64,000 nt of DNA from an uncultured Actinomycetota bacterium. GTDB lineage: Bacteria; Actinomycetota; Actinomycetes; Mycobacteriales; CADCTP01. Positions 16,513-24,684 of this stretch are shown here, one piece after another. The notes beneath the pieces are model-generated. The model worked only from the letters and a program-made list of their open reading frames with translations, did not search any database and had not been told where the DNA came from. The DNA lies in NCBI GenBank assembly GCA_963849885.1, contig CAWKIV010000019.1, positions 7,517 to 71,516 on the forward strand. Direction: 5' to 3'. Every line of letters starts with the position of its first letter. Within the stretch, counting starts at the first letter, position 1. The position numbers and the translations under genes were made by a program.

Positions 16513-16660
16513 GGCCGGGGTGGTCCGGCCGGGGTGGCCCGCGGGTGGCCCGGCCGGGGTGGTCCGGCGGGTGGCCGGCCGGGGTGGCCCCGGCCTGAGT
16601 AGCCGGCCGGGTGGCCGGGTGGGTGGCCCGGCCGGGTAGATCCGGCCGGGCCGGCCCGGA
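16513..16660. repeat. degenerate GC-rich tandem repeat, about 12 copies of GGCCGGGGTGGCCC-like 11-15-mers
   Basis: It fills the whole gap between two convergent stop codons. The units read GGCCGGGGTGGTCC, GGCCGGGGTGGCCC, GCGGGTGGCCC, GGCCGGGGTGGTCC, GGCGGGTGGCC, and so on. The top strand has many GGG/GGGG tracts. Confidence 0.85.
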
Positions 16661-17128
16661 TCAGGTCCGCGTGCTGGAGACGGGCTCGCGGACCGGCGGC
16701 TGCGGGGCGGCCCGGCGGCGGGCGCCCAGGGCGAGGGCCAGCGCGGCCAGGCCGGCGAGCAGGCCCGCGCCGCCGAGCACGTACGCACCGGTGACCGATC
16801 CGCTGCTGGCGGTGTCGGCGTCCGTGGCGGGAGCGGGTGCGGCGGCCTCGGCGGCCGGCCCCGGCGGCCGGAGCGGCCGGAGCGGCGGCGAGGCGCAGCG
16901 TGGGCGCCGGGAAGTCCGGCTCCTCGGTGCTGCCGGCGGCCGGCTCCTCGATCCAGGAGACCACCTTGCCGTCGCTGTAGGTCTGGATCGCCTTGAGGGT
17001 CATCGTGTCGGCCTTCGGCAGCGGGCCGGCGCTGACCTCGAGTGCGCTGCCGCGGGCAGCGCGGCCAGTCCGGTCAGCCCGGCGGCGGAGCCGACCACGA
17101 CCAGCAGCCGGCGAAGCGAACGAGACAC
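16661..17128 (-). pseudogene. YcnI (DUF1775) copper-binding protein remnant: internal deletion plus frame changes
   Basis: GGAGAGAGGG RBS plus GTG 17128 gives the signal peptide VSRSLRRLLVVVGSAAGLTGLAALPAAA-H. The frame stops 13 codons later. A second frame reads ALEVSAGPLPKADTMTLKAIQTYSDGKVVSWIEEP...EEPDFPAPTLRL, the YcnI C-terminal third. The first frame then resumes with ...GAYVLGGAGLLAGLAALALALGARRR..., a TM anchor, and reaches a stop at 16661. Confidence 0.55.
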
Positions 17129-17242
17129 GAAGACCCTCTCTCCGGTGGTGGGCGGGGCCGGGATCCCGGCCCGCGTGGGGAAGGTCGGAGCGAGGGGCGG
17201 AACGGTTCCCGCCGGGGCCGGATCGGGCCGGGCGGGCGCCGG

Positions 17243-18895
17243 TCAGTACAGGCCGACGCGGGCCAGCGGCTCGACCAGCTCCCGCTCCTCGTACGACAGG
17301 TGGGACAGCAGCGCGTCGCTGAGCAGGTCGACCGCGGCCCGCAGCTCCGGCATGCCGTCGGGCACGGAGACGAAGTGCACCAGGGCCCGGTCCACCCGCT
17401 CCAGGATGTCGTGGATCACCCGGTGCTCCTCCTCCAGCCGGTCCAGGACCGGCCCGAGGCGCCCGTCCGCCCGGCGCAGGTGCGGGAAGACGCTCCGGTC
17501 CTCCAGCGTGTGGTGGGTGGTGACGATCCGGCAGTACGACTCGCAGTACGTGCCGAGGACCCACTTGTTCTGCCGGAGCGCCAGCGTGTTGACGTGCGAG
17601 CGGGCGCCGCCGGCGTCGAGCGTGCCGGCGGCGACCTGCTCGACCAGCGAGTGCAGCTGGGCGAGCTCGGCCCGCAGCGCGTCGTGCACGTCGACGAGGT
17701 GCTGCCCGGTGGCCTGCTCGGGCGCGGTGTAGGTCCGGTCCGGGTCGGGCGCCGGCCCGGTCGGGCGGGTCGACTCGTCCCACGCCGGCCCGGTGCCGCG
17801 GCGGATGCCGTCGTCCGGGGTGGGCACCACGCCGAGCCCGGGCGCCGACCGCGCCGCCGCCGGGCCGTCCACGCCGGACAGTGGCCGGGTGGCCACGGTG
17901 TCCGGAGTGGTCGGCCGGGTGTCCGGAGTGGACGCCAATCGGTCCGGAGTGGACGCCGGTCGGTCTGCAGTGGACGCCGGTCGGTCCGGGCCGGAGGTCG
18001 CCGTCGGCGAGCGGTCGGCGGCGACCAGCTCGCGCACCGCCGGCGCCACCTCACCGGCGAACCGGCGCAGGTCGTCCGGGTCGTCGCTGCCCAGGACGAA
18101 GACGCTGATCCCGTCGGAGAGCGCCAGGTCGGCCAGCTCCTCGGCCCACTGCTCGGCCGGCCCGCGCAGCGGCCCCCGACCGACCGGCAGGAACTCGCCG
18201 CTGACGTTGAGCAGCCGCCGGACGTCGGTCGGGGAGCGGCCGGCGTCGGTGGCGGCGGCGTCGATGGCCGCGTTGCCGGCGGCGAGGTCGCCCGGCTGCA
18301 GGTAGCCGAGCGAGGGCAGCCAGCCGTCCGCGACCCGGCCGGTCAGGGCGAGCATCCGCGGCTTGTACGCACCCAGCCAGATCTGCACCCGGTGCGCCGG
18401 CGCCGGACCGCGCTTGGCGCCGACCACCCGGTAGTGCTCGCCCTCGACCCGCACCCCGCCGCGGCGGTCGGCGTCCCAGATCTGCCGGATGACCTCGACG
18501 GCTTCCTCGACCGCGCGCACCGTCTCGCGGGGTGGCAGCCGCCGCCCGCCCATCGCCTCGATCGCCTCCCAGTACGCGCCGGCGCCGAGACCGAGCTCCA
18601 CCCGGCCCCCGCTGAGCAGGTCCAGGCTGGCCACCGCGCGGGCCAGCACCGCGGGCGGGCGCAGCGGCAGGTTCGTCACGTTCGCGGCCAGCCGGACCCG
18701 GGTGGTGCGGGCGGCGACGAAGGACAGCAGCGTCGCGGTGTCCAGGAACCGCGGCTGGTAGGGGTGGTCCTGGAAGGTGACCAGGTCCAGCCCGACCTGC
18801 TCGGCCAGCTGGGCCAGCGCGACCGGCTGCTGCGGCGGCGCGTTGGCCGGGGTGAGGAACGAGCCGAAGGCGAGGTCGTGGCCGTAGTCGGGCAT
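17243..18895 (-). CDS. fusion protein: LLM-class flavin/F420-dependent oxidoreductase + repeat linker + hemerythrin-like (HHE) domain
   Basis: ATG 18895 lies within ORF 17243..18937. The N-terminal ~300 aa are luciferase-like (FQDHPYQP, LDLLSGGRVELGLGAG). The linker reads DRPASTADRPASTPDRLASTPDTRPTTPDT. The C-terminal ~150 aa carry H..HD..R, HHTLEDRSVFP, EEEH and SHLSYEE motifs. Confidence 0.8.
   Translation of the reverse strand: MPDYGHDLAFGSFLTPANAPPQQPVALAQLAEQVGLDLVTFQDHPYQPRFLDTATLLSFVAARTTRVRLAANVTNLPLRPPAVLARAVASLDLLSGGRVELGLGAGAYWEAIEAMGGRRLPPRETVRAVEEAVEVIRQIWDADRRGGVRVEGEHYRVVGAKRGPAPAHRVQIWLGAYKPRMLALTGRVADGWLPSLGYLQPGDLAAGNAAIDAAATDAGRSPTDVRRLLNVSGEFLPVGRGPLRGPAEQWAEELADLALSDGISVFVLGSDDPDDLRRFAGEVAPAVRELVAADRSPTATSGPDRPASTADRPASTPDRLASTPDTRPTTPDTVATRPLSGVDGPAAARSAPGLGVVPTPDDGIRRGTGPAWDESTRPTGPAPDPDRTYTAPEQATGQHLVDVHDALRAELAQLHSLVEQVAAGTLDAGGARSHVNTLALRQNKWVLGTYCESYCRIVTTHHTLEDRSVFPHLRRADGRLGPVLDRLEEEHRVIHDILERVDRALVHFVSVPDGMPELRAAVDLLSDALLSHLSYEERELVEPLARVGLY
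17899..17982. repeat. 21-bp in-frame tandem repeat (4 copies plus a degenerate fifth) encoding the T-P-D-R-P-A-S-type linker
   Basis: Units: TGTCCGGAGTGGTCGGCCGGG, TGTCCGGAGTGGACGCCAATC, GGTCCGGAGTGGACGCCGGTC, GGTCTGCAGTGGACGCCGGTC. Confidence 0.85.
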
Positions 18896-19052
18896 GGCGG
18901 GCGTTCTCCAGGTCAGCGCGGGCCGGACGCAGGTCAAGCCCCGACGGAAGCCCGGGCATTCCGGTCCTCTCCCGCAGCCGTGGCGGCGGGTCCCCTATCC
19001 TCCGGGCGGCCCGGTCCCAGCACGGGTGGGGGCCGGACTCGAGGAGGCGGGC

Positions 19053-20432
19053 GTGGTAGACCGGCTGATCTTCCAGCTCGGCACGAACAACTGGCAGCGG
19101 GGCGGGGAGTTCGCGCCGGGGTCGGGGATCCTGCACGAGGCGCACCACCGGGCGTACAACTCTCTCCCGGGCGTACGCGCCTACTCGATCTACCCGTCCC
19201 GGCGGCAGCGGTTCCGCGAGCCGGACGTGCGGGTCTTCGAGCTCGACCACGACATCCCGATCTGCGAGTCGATCTCGCCGGTGAGCAGCTACCGCTGGCA
19301 CAGCATGAGCGAGGCCGAGGTCGCGGCGTACCGGCAGCGGCTGACCGACGAGGTCGCCGGGTGGATGGACGAGGTGGAGGCGGCGAGCGGTGACCGCTTC
19401 ACGCTCGGGATCGCCCACCACGCGTTCATGAACGCGGTGGTGCTGCGCGACGTGAACCGCCGCCGGGTGGCGGTCGGGCGCGACCGGATGCCGGTGCTGT
19501 GCTTCGCGCACGGCACCGAGCTGAAGATGTACGCGCACGAGCGGGGCGGCCGCCAGCCCGACGAGTTCCCGCTGCGCTTCCTGCCCCTCATGCAGCGGGA
19601 GAGGATCTTCGACTTCGCGAACCCCGAGCACGGCGTGGACGTGGTCGCGGCGATCTCGGCCGAACAGGTCGAAGCCTTCCTCGGGATCTTTCCCGAGTTC
19701 CCGCGCGAGCGGGTGGTCCTCTCGCCGAACGGCTACAACCAGGACGTCTTCCGCCCGGTGACCGAGCCGACGGACGCGTACGCCGACCGGCAGAAGGTGC
19801 TCGCCGGCTTCACCACCCGGCCGCCCGAGGGCAGCGGGCGGGAGTCGGAGCGGGTGGCGCCGGCGGACGGATTCGACGCGGTCGTGGTGTTCTGCGGGAA
19901 GTTCGCCGACTGGAAGCGGCTCGACGCGCTGCTGCGAGCCGCCGCGACGTACGAGCGGGCCGAGCCGAAGATCCTCACCCTGGTCGTCGGCTCCGGGCCG
20001 CACGAGGCCCAGGTCCAGATGCACGACCTCGCCGACGAGCTCGGGCTGCGCCGCACCTACTTCCTCGGGCCGCGCCCGCAGGACGAGCTGGCCGTGCTCT
20101 TCAGCTGCGCCGACGTCGGCTGCTTCCCCTCCTACCGGGAGCCGTTCGGCCTGGTCTTCATCGAGTGCATGGCCTGCGGGACGCCGGTGATCGGCGCCGA
20201 CTCGGGCGGCCCGCGCGACTTCGTCACCCCGGCGGTCGGCACGCTGGTGCCGGAGACCGACGACCGGGCCGAGCTGGCCGCGTCGCTGGCGGCCGCGGTC
20301 ACCCGGGCCGTCGCCGAGGACTGGAAGCGGACGAAGGGCCGAGTCGCGGAAGCGTACGCGCGGAGGAATTTCAGCGTCGTCCACCAGGCGTCGGAGCTGC
20401 TCGCCGCCGTCGATCGGCTCACCGGGCCCTGA
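19053..20432 (+). CDS. glycosyltransferase family 4 (GT-B fold)
   Basis: GTG 19053 follows GAGGAGG within ORF 18894..20432. The C-terminal half has the GT4 pattern (VVFCGKF..WKR, FPSYREPFGLVFIECMACGTPVI). Confidence 0.85.
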   Translation: MVDRLIFQLGTNNWQRGGEFAPGSGILHEAHHRAYNSLPGVRAYSIYPSRRQRFREPDVRVFELDHDIPICESISPVSSYRWHSMSEAEVAAYRQRLTDEVAGWMDEVEAASGDRFTLGIAHHAFMNAVVLRDVNRRRVAVGRDRMPVLCFAHGTELKMYAHERGGRQPDEFPLRFLPLMQRERIFDFANPEHGVDVVAAISAEQVEAFLGIFPEFPRERVVLSPNGYNQDVFRPVTEPTDAYADRQKVLAGFTTRPPEGSGRESERVAPADGFDAVVVFCGKFADWKRLDALLRAAATYERAEPKILTLVVGSGPHEAQVQMHDLADELGLRRTYFLGPRPQDELAVLFSCADVGCFPSYREPFGLVFIECMACGTPVIGADSGGPRDFVTPAVGTLVPETDDRAELAASLAAAVTRAVAEDWKRTKGRVAEAYARRNFSVVHQASELLAAVDRLTGP

Positions 20433-20461
20433 CCGGCGGCGACCGGCCGGGAGACTCCGCC

Positions 20462-20492
20462 GGAGCCACCCGGGCCGCGGCCGGGTGGCTCC
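20462..20492 (+). terminator. GC hairpin after the GT4 gene
   Basis: GGAGCCACCCGG-gccgcgg-CCGGGTGGCTCC: a perfect 12-bp stem 30 nt after the stop. There is no U-tract, as is usual in high-GC actinobacteria. Confidence 0.5.
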
Positions 20493-20642
20493 AGGGGTGA
20501 CGGGTCAGGCGGCCGGCAGCAGGTTCGTCGGCGTGGGCCGAATTGGTGAGACCGCGAATTGACCCGGTCATGACACTGATTTCTCGAAGTATTACTTGAC
20601 GTGCTCCGCCAATGCGCTGCGTAGTCATCGAAATGGTCTCGG

Positions 20643-20667
20643 GTTTTGTCCGAGAAGGGCGCGGGTA
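20643..20667 (+). promoter_or_regulatory. SigB/SigF-type stress promoter candidate (GTTT-N16-GGGTA)
   Basis: GGGTTTT..(16 nt)..GGGTAG sits in the locally AT-richer gap, about 60 nt upstream of ATG 20726. Confidence 0.3.
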
Positions 20668-20725
20668 GCTGCTGGACGAGGCTGCCCACCAGGGATCGAG
20701 CCTCGTCATTTCGCGAGGAGCGGTC

Positions 20726-21283
20726 ATGGACACTGGCGTTCTCATCGCAATTCTCGTTGTTCTGGTCCTCGTCGCCGCGGGAGCGGTGCTGCTGGCCCGG
20801 AGACGGCGTTCGGACCGGTTGCAGGAGCAGTTCGGGCCCGAGTACGACCGCACCGTCTCCCGGGCCGGCGACCGCCGTGCCGCCGAGGCGGAGCTCGCCG
20901 ACCGGGCCCGGCGGCGGCGGGAGCTGACCATCGTCGCGCTCGACCCGGCCGCCCGGGACCGCTACCACCAGGAGTGGCGGGCCACCCAGGCCCAGTTCGT
21001 CGACGACCCGGCCGGCGCCACCCGGGACGCCGACACCCTGGTGTCGCGGCTGATGCGGGACCGGGGCTACCCGGTCGGCGACGACTTCGAGGAGCAGGCG
21101 GCGGTCGTCTCCGTCGACCACCCGGAGGTGGCCGAGAACTACCGCGCCGCTCACACGGTCCACCGCGCGAACGAGCAGGGCCAGGCCGACACCGACGACC
21201 TGCGGCAGGCGTTCGTCCACTACCGCTCGCTGTTCGCCGAGCTCCTCGACGACGCCGACGAGCGCAAGGAGGTCCAGCAGTGA
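20726..21283 (+). CDS. membrane-anchored conserved hypothetical protein (first member of a paralogous pair)
   Basis: 185-aa ORF with GAGGAG RBS. N-terminal TM segment VLIAILVVLVLVAAGAVLL. The C-terminal domain has W..TQAQFVDDP...ADTLVSRLM and TDDLRQAFVHYRSLFAELL motifs. Confidence 0.7.
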   Translation: MDTGVLIAILVVLVLVAAGAVLLARRRRSDRLQEQFGPEYDRTVSRAGDRRAAEAELADRARRRRELTIVALDPAARDRYHQEWRATQAQFVDDPAGATRDADTLVSRLMRDRGYPVGDDFEEQAAVVSVDHPEVAENYRAAHTVHRANEQGQADTDDLRQAFVHYRSLFAELLDDADERKEVQQ

Positions 21284-22693
21284 ACGAGCGCGACGAGCTG
21301 AGCACCGCCGACCTGGCCGGCCGGCCGGCGACCGGGGGCGGCGCGCCGCCGCCCGCCGGATACGCCGACGGCGGCGCACCCGAGCACGGCGACGTCGACC
21401 CGGACGCGGGCCGGAGCGGCGGGGCACTGGACCGGATCAAGCGCGTGTTCACCGGCGACGATCGGCACGCGGACGACGCCGACGCCGGCGCCGACCACGG
21501 CGCGGATGCCGGTGCGGGGCCGGTGGATCGGGCGCGCGACGCGTTCGGCGCGGACGACCGGGGCGCGGACCACGGCGCGGACGCCGGTGCGGATCTGGGT
21601 GCCGAGCGGGATGCGGACGCCGGCGCCGACTACGGCGCGGATGCCGGTGCGGGGCCGGTGGATCGCGTCCGCGACGCCTTCGGCGCGGACGACCGGGGCG
21701 CGGTCGAGCGGGATGCGGATGCCGGCGCCGATCACGGCGCGGATGCGGGTGCGGGGCCGGTGGATCGGGCGCGTGACGCGTTCGGCGCGGACGACCGGGG
21801 GCGGACGACGGCGCGACGCGGCGGATCGGGGCGACGGGATGCGGATGCTGGCGCCGACTACGGCGCGGATGCCGGTGCGGGGCCGGTGGATCGGGCGCGC
21901 GACGCCTTCGGCGCGGACGACCGGGGCGCGGACCACGGCGCCGACGCCGGCGCGGATCTGGGTGCCGAGCGGGATGCGGACGCCGGCGCCGACTACGGCG
22001 CGGATGCCGGTGCGGGGCCGGTGGATCGCGTCCGCGACGCCTTCGGCGCGGACGACCGGGACGACGACGCGGGGGCCGACCGGCCGCTGAGCGCCGCGGA
22101 GGCGGACGACCGGCTGCTGCCGCCGCCCGGGGGCACGGCGCCGGTGCCGGTCGGTGCCGTGGTCAGCGACCGGTCGCCGGATGCCGACGACGACCGGTCA
22201 CCGGTGGCGGACGCGGACCGCGATCCGCTGCCGCCGGCCGCCGCCGCAGCGGCGCCCGCGCCGGCCGGCGCCGAGGCCCCGGCCGCGATGCCGCCCCGAC
22301 CGGTGCGCGGCCGGCGCCGCCGTGCCCACCCCGGCCGGTGCCGAGGTGCCCGCCCCGGCCGGCGCGACGGCGGACCCCGGCGGCGAGCTGCCCGCCCCGG
22401 GCGGGAGCGACGGGGCGACCGGCGACGGACCGCTGCTGCCGGCGAACGACATCGACGGCTACCGCAACCGCTGGCTGGAGGTGCAGACCGGGTTCGTCGA
22501 CTCGCCGCGGGAGGCGGTCGAGCGCGCCGACGGGCTGACCGCCGAGCTCATGCAGCACCTGGCCCGCACCTTCGCCGACGAGCGGAGCCGGCTGGAGCAC
22601 GAGTGGGACCGCGGCGGCGACGTGGCCACCGACGACCTGCGCCGCGCCTTCCAGCGCTACCGCTCGTTCTTCGAGCGCCTCCTCTCCACCTGA
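21280..22693 (+). CDS. acidic Asp/Ala/Gly-rich repeat protein carrying the same C-terminal domain; apparent +1 frame break near 22290-22312
   Basis: GTG 21280 overlaps the upstream stop (GTGA). Frame 1 codes through ...APAPAGAEAPAAMPP. Frame 2 then reads ...AAGAAVPTPAGAEVPAPAG...YRNRWLEVQTGFVDSP...ADGLTAELM...TDDLRRAFQRYRSFFERLL to the stop at 22693. Frame 1 has no stop until 24537. Confidence 0.55.
21475..22068 (+). repeat. five in-frame tandem repeats (102-135 bp) with a 363-bp second-order period
   Basis: Core DADAGAD(H/Y)GADAGAGPVDR(A/V)RDAFGADDRG occurs five times. By my reading, 21610-21697 and 21973-22060 are identical over 88 nt. Confidence 0.9.
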
Positions 22694-22698
22694 CCCGG

Positions 22699-22730
22699 CC
22701 CGGTGTCCCCGCCGCCGCGGGGGCACCGGG
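22699..22730. terminator. bidirectional hairpin between convergent genes
   Basis: CCCGGTGTCCCCGC-cgcc-GCGGGGGCACCGGG: a 14-bp stem with one G.U pair, between the stops at 22693 (+) and 22735 (-). Confidence 0.55.
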
Positions 22731-22734
22731 TCGG

Positions 22735-24486
22735 CTAGGAGTGCGGCCGGGCGGTGCGGAAGAGGTCGACCAGCTCGTCGGTGCTGGTGGCGTCGCGCGG
22801 ACCCTTGTCGTCCCGCCAGCGGCCGGTGAAGCGCGGGAAGCGCATGGCCAGCCCGGCGTCGTCCTTGAGCCGGCCCCAGCCGGCGGTGTGGTTGGGGGAG
22901 AGGGTCAGCTCGGCGCTGAGCACCTCCAGCACCAGGGCCGGGGTGAACCACACGTCGGCCGGCGCCCGGGCGTCCACCTCGGCCGGCCGCTCCGGCCGGA
23001 CCAGCGGCGCCAGCCGCTCGGGCAGGGTGGCCAGCTCGGCGTCGGAGAAGCCGGTGCCGCACTTGCCGACCGTGCGGAAGGTGTCCGTCGCCGAGTCGTA
23101 CGCGGCCAGCAGCAGCGCGCCGTACGTGCCGCGCCGCCGCCCCCGCCCGGCGAAGGCGCCGACCACGACCAGGTCGATGGTGTCGGACAGCTCGGTGCGG
23201 TAGTCCCGCTTCAGCTTGATCCACTGCCAGCCGCGGGCGCCGGCCTGGTAGCCGGAGGCCGGCCCGACCGACTTGCACAGCAGGCCTTCGCAGCCGTCCG
23301 CGATGGCCTGCTCGAAGGCGGTGTCCAGGGCGGCCGGGTCGGCCACCCGCACCGCGGTGGTCAGCCGCAGCCGGTCCGACAGGGTCAGCGCCGCGGCCAG
23401 CCGCTCCCGGCGCTCGGGGTACGGCAGCCGGGTCAGGTCCTCGCCGTCGGCGTACAGCAGGTCGAAGCAGAACAGGCCGATCGGCACGTCCCGGACCGCC
23501 TCGGAGATGCCGTGCTTGCGCCGCCGGAACATGACCTCCTGGAACGGGCGCAGCTCGCCGGCCGCCGCGTCGTACGCGACCGCCTCGCCCTCCAGGATCG
23601 CCTCGGCCGGCCCGAGGCCGGCGCCGAGCACCTCGACCAGGTCGGGGAACTGGTTGCCGATCCGCTCCAGGCCGCGGGTGTAGAGCTCGATCCGGCCGTC
23701 CGCGGTGCGGTGCGCCTGGATCCGGATCCCGTCGTACTTGTACTCGGCCGCGCACTCGCCGCCCAGCTTGGCCAGGATGTCCGCGGCCTCGGACAGCCGC
23801 TGGGCCAGCATCACCCGGACCGGGTTGCCCGGCCGCACCGCCAGCCGCTCCACCGCGGCCAGCCCGTCCCGGGCCAGCGTGCCGGCGACCAGGCCGAGGT
23901 CGCAGCAGATGTTGTAGCCCCGCTCCAGCACCGGCCGGTCCTTCCGGCCGCCGGCGTAGACGGCCGCGAGCGCGTCCAGCACGGTCGGCGTGCCGATGCC
24001 GAGCCGCAGGTTGCCGGTGACCAGCCGGAGCAGGTAGCGGGCCTCCAGCGGGGTGGCCCGCGCCAGCAGGCCGGCCAGCAGGTCGAGCTTGCGGCCCTGC
24101 GACCCGGTCCCCTCCGCGGCGGCGACCTCGTGCAGCGTGTCCACCACGGTCGGCACGTCCAGGGTGGCCGGCCGGTCCGCGGCCACCGCGGCGAGCAGCT
24201 CCTCCGCGGCCTGGCCCAGGTCGCCGGCCTCCCGCACCGCGGCGGCCACGTCGGCCGGCTCGGCGCCGGCCGCGGTGGCCAGCGCGCGGACCGCCAGCTT
24301 CTCGGCCAGCCCGAGGTCGATCCCGGCGAACTGGGGCGCGATCATCCCCTGGCTCAGGTAGCAGACGGTCGGCAGCAGCTCGACCGGCGTGGCCCGGACC
24401 AGCTCGGCCGTCCGGTCGATCAGCGCGAGCCGGCCGGTGGCCCGCTCCAGGTCCGCGTACGCCTCCGCGACGATCCGGTAGTCCAC
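22735..24486 (-). CDS. ATP-dependent DNA ligase (LigB/ligase I-like)
   Basis: GTG 24486 follows GAGGGAG within ORF 22735..25245. The protein has the adenylation motif I EYKYDGIR, plus LEGEAVAY, GLLCKS and WIKLKRDY, and a C-terminal OB domain. Confidence 0.93.
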   Translation of the reverse strand: MDYRIVAEAYADLERATGRLALIDRTAELVRATPVELLPTVCYLSQGMIAPQFAGIDLGLAEKLAVRALATAAGAEPADVAAAVREAGDLGQAAEELLAAVAADRPATLDVPTVVDTLHEVAAAEGTGSQGRKLDLLAGLLARATPLEARYLLRLVTGNLRLGIGTPTVLDALAAVYAGGRKDRPVLERGYNICCDLGLVAGTLARDGLAAVERLAVRPGNPVRVMLAQRLSEAADILAKLGGECAAEYKYDGIRIQAHRTADGRIELYTRGLERIGNQFPDLVEVLGAGLGPAEAILEGEAVAYDAAAGELRPFQEVMFRRRKHGISEAVRDVPIGLFCFDLLYADGEDLTRLPYPERRERLAAALTLSDRLRLTTAVRVADPAALDTAFEQAIADGCEGLLCKSVGPASGYQAGARGWQWIKLKRDYRTELSDTIDLVVVGAFAGRGRRRGTYGALLLAAYDSATDTFRTVGKCGTGFSDAELATLPERLAPLVRPERPAEVDARAPADVWFTPALVLEVLSAELTLSPNHTAGWGRLKDDAGLAMRFPRFTGRWRDDKGPRDATSTDELVDLFRTARPHS

Positions 24487-24684
24487 GCCCGCTCCCTCGT
24501 GGCCGGTCCACCCCGGACCGTCCACCGCGGACGGTAGCGGCCCGGGCGGCGCCGCGGGGGACGGCCGGCCCGCCGACCCGGAAGCCCGGTCCCGGTCCGG
24601 GCCGGCCGGGCACGAGCGGCGGCGTACCACCGCGAACCCGTCCGAGTGACCGCGAACCACCCGGCGGACCCCTAGGGTGAGAGC

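Noticed and set aside
17042-20384. 783-aa (plus) and 777-aa (minus) ORFs across the LLM-hemerythrin and GT4 genes
   Set aside because: These are shadow frames of two genes with clear family motifs, and their amino-acid composition is non-protein-like.
20596-24537. 1313-aa ORF on the plus strand, the longest in the track
   Set aside because: Only 21280 to about 22300 of this frame looks coding (the acidic repeat protein). The rest is an Arg/Pro/Gly-rich shadow frame running antisense to the well-supported DNA ligase gene. Stop codons are rare in such GC-rich DNA.
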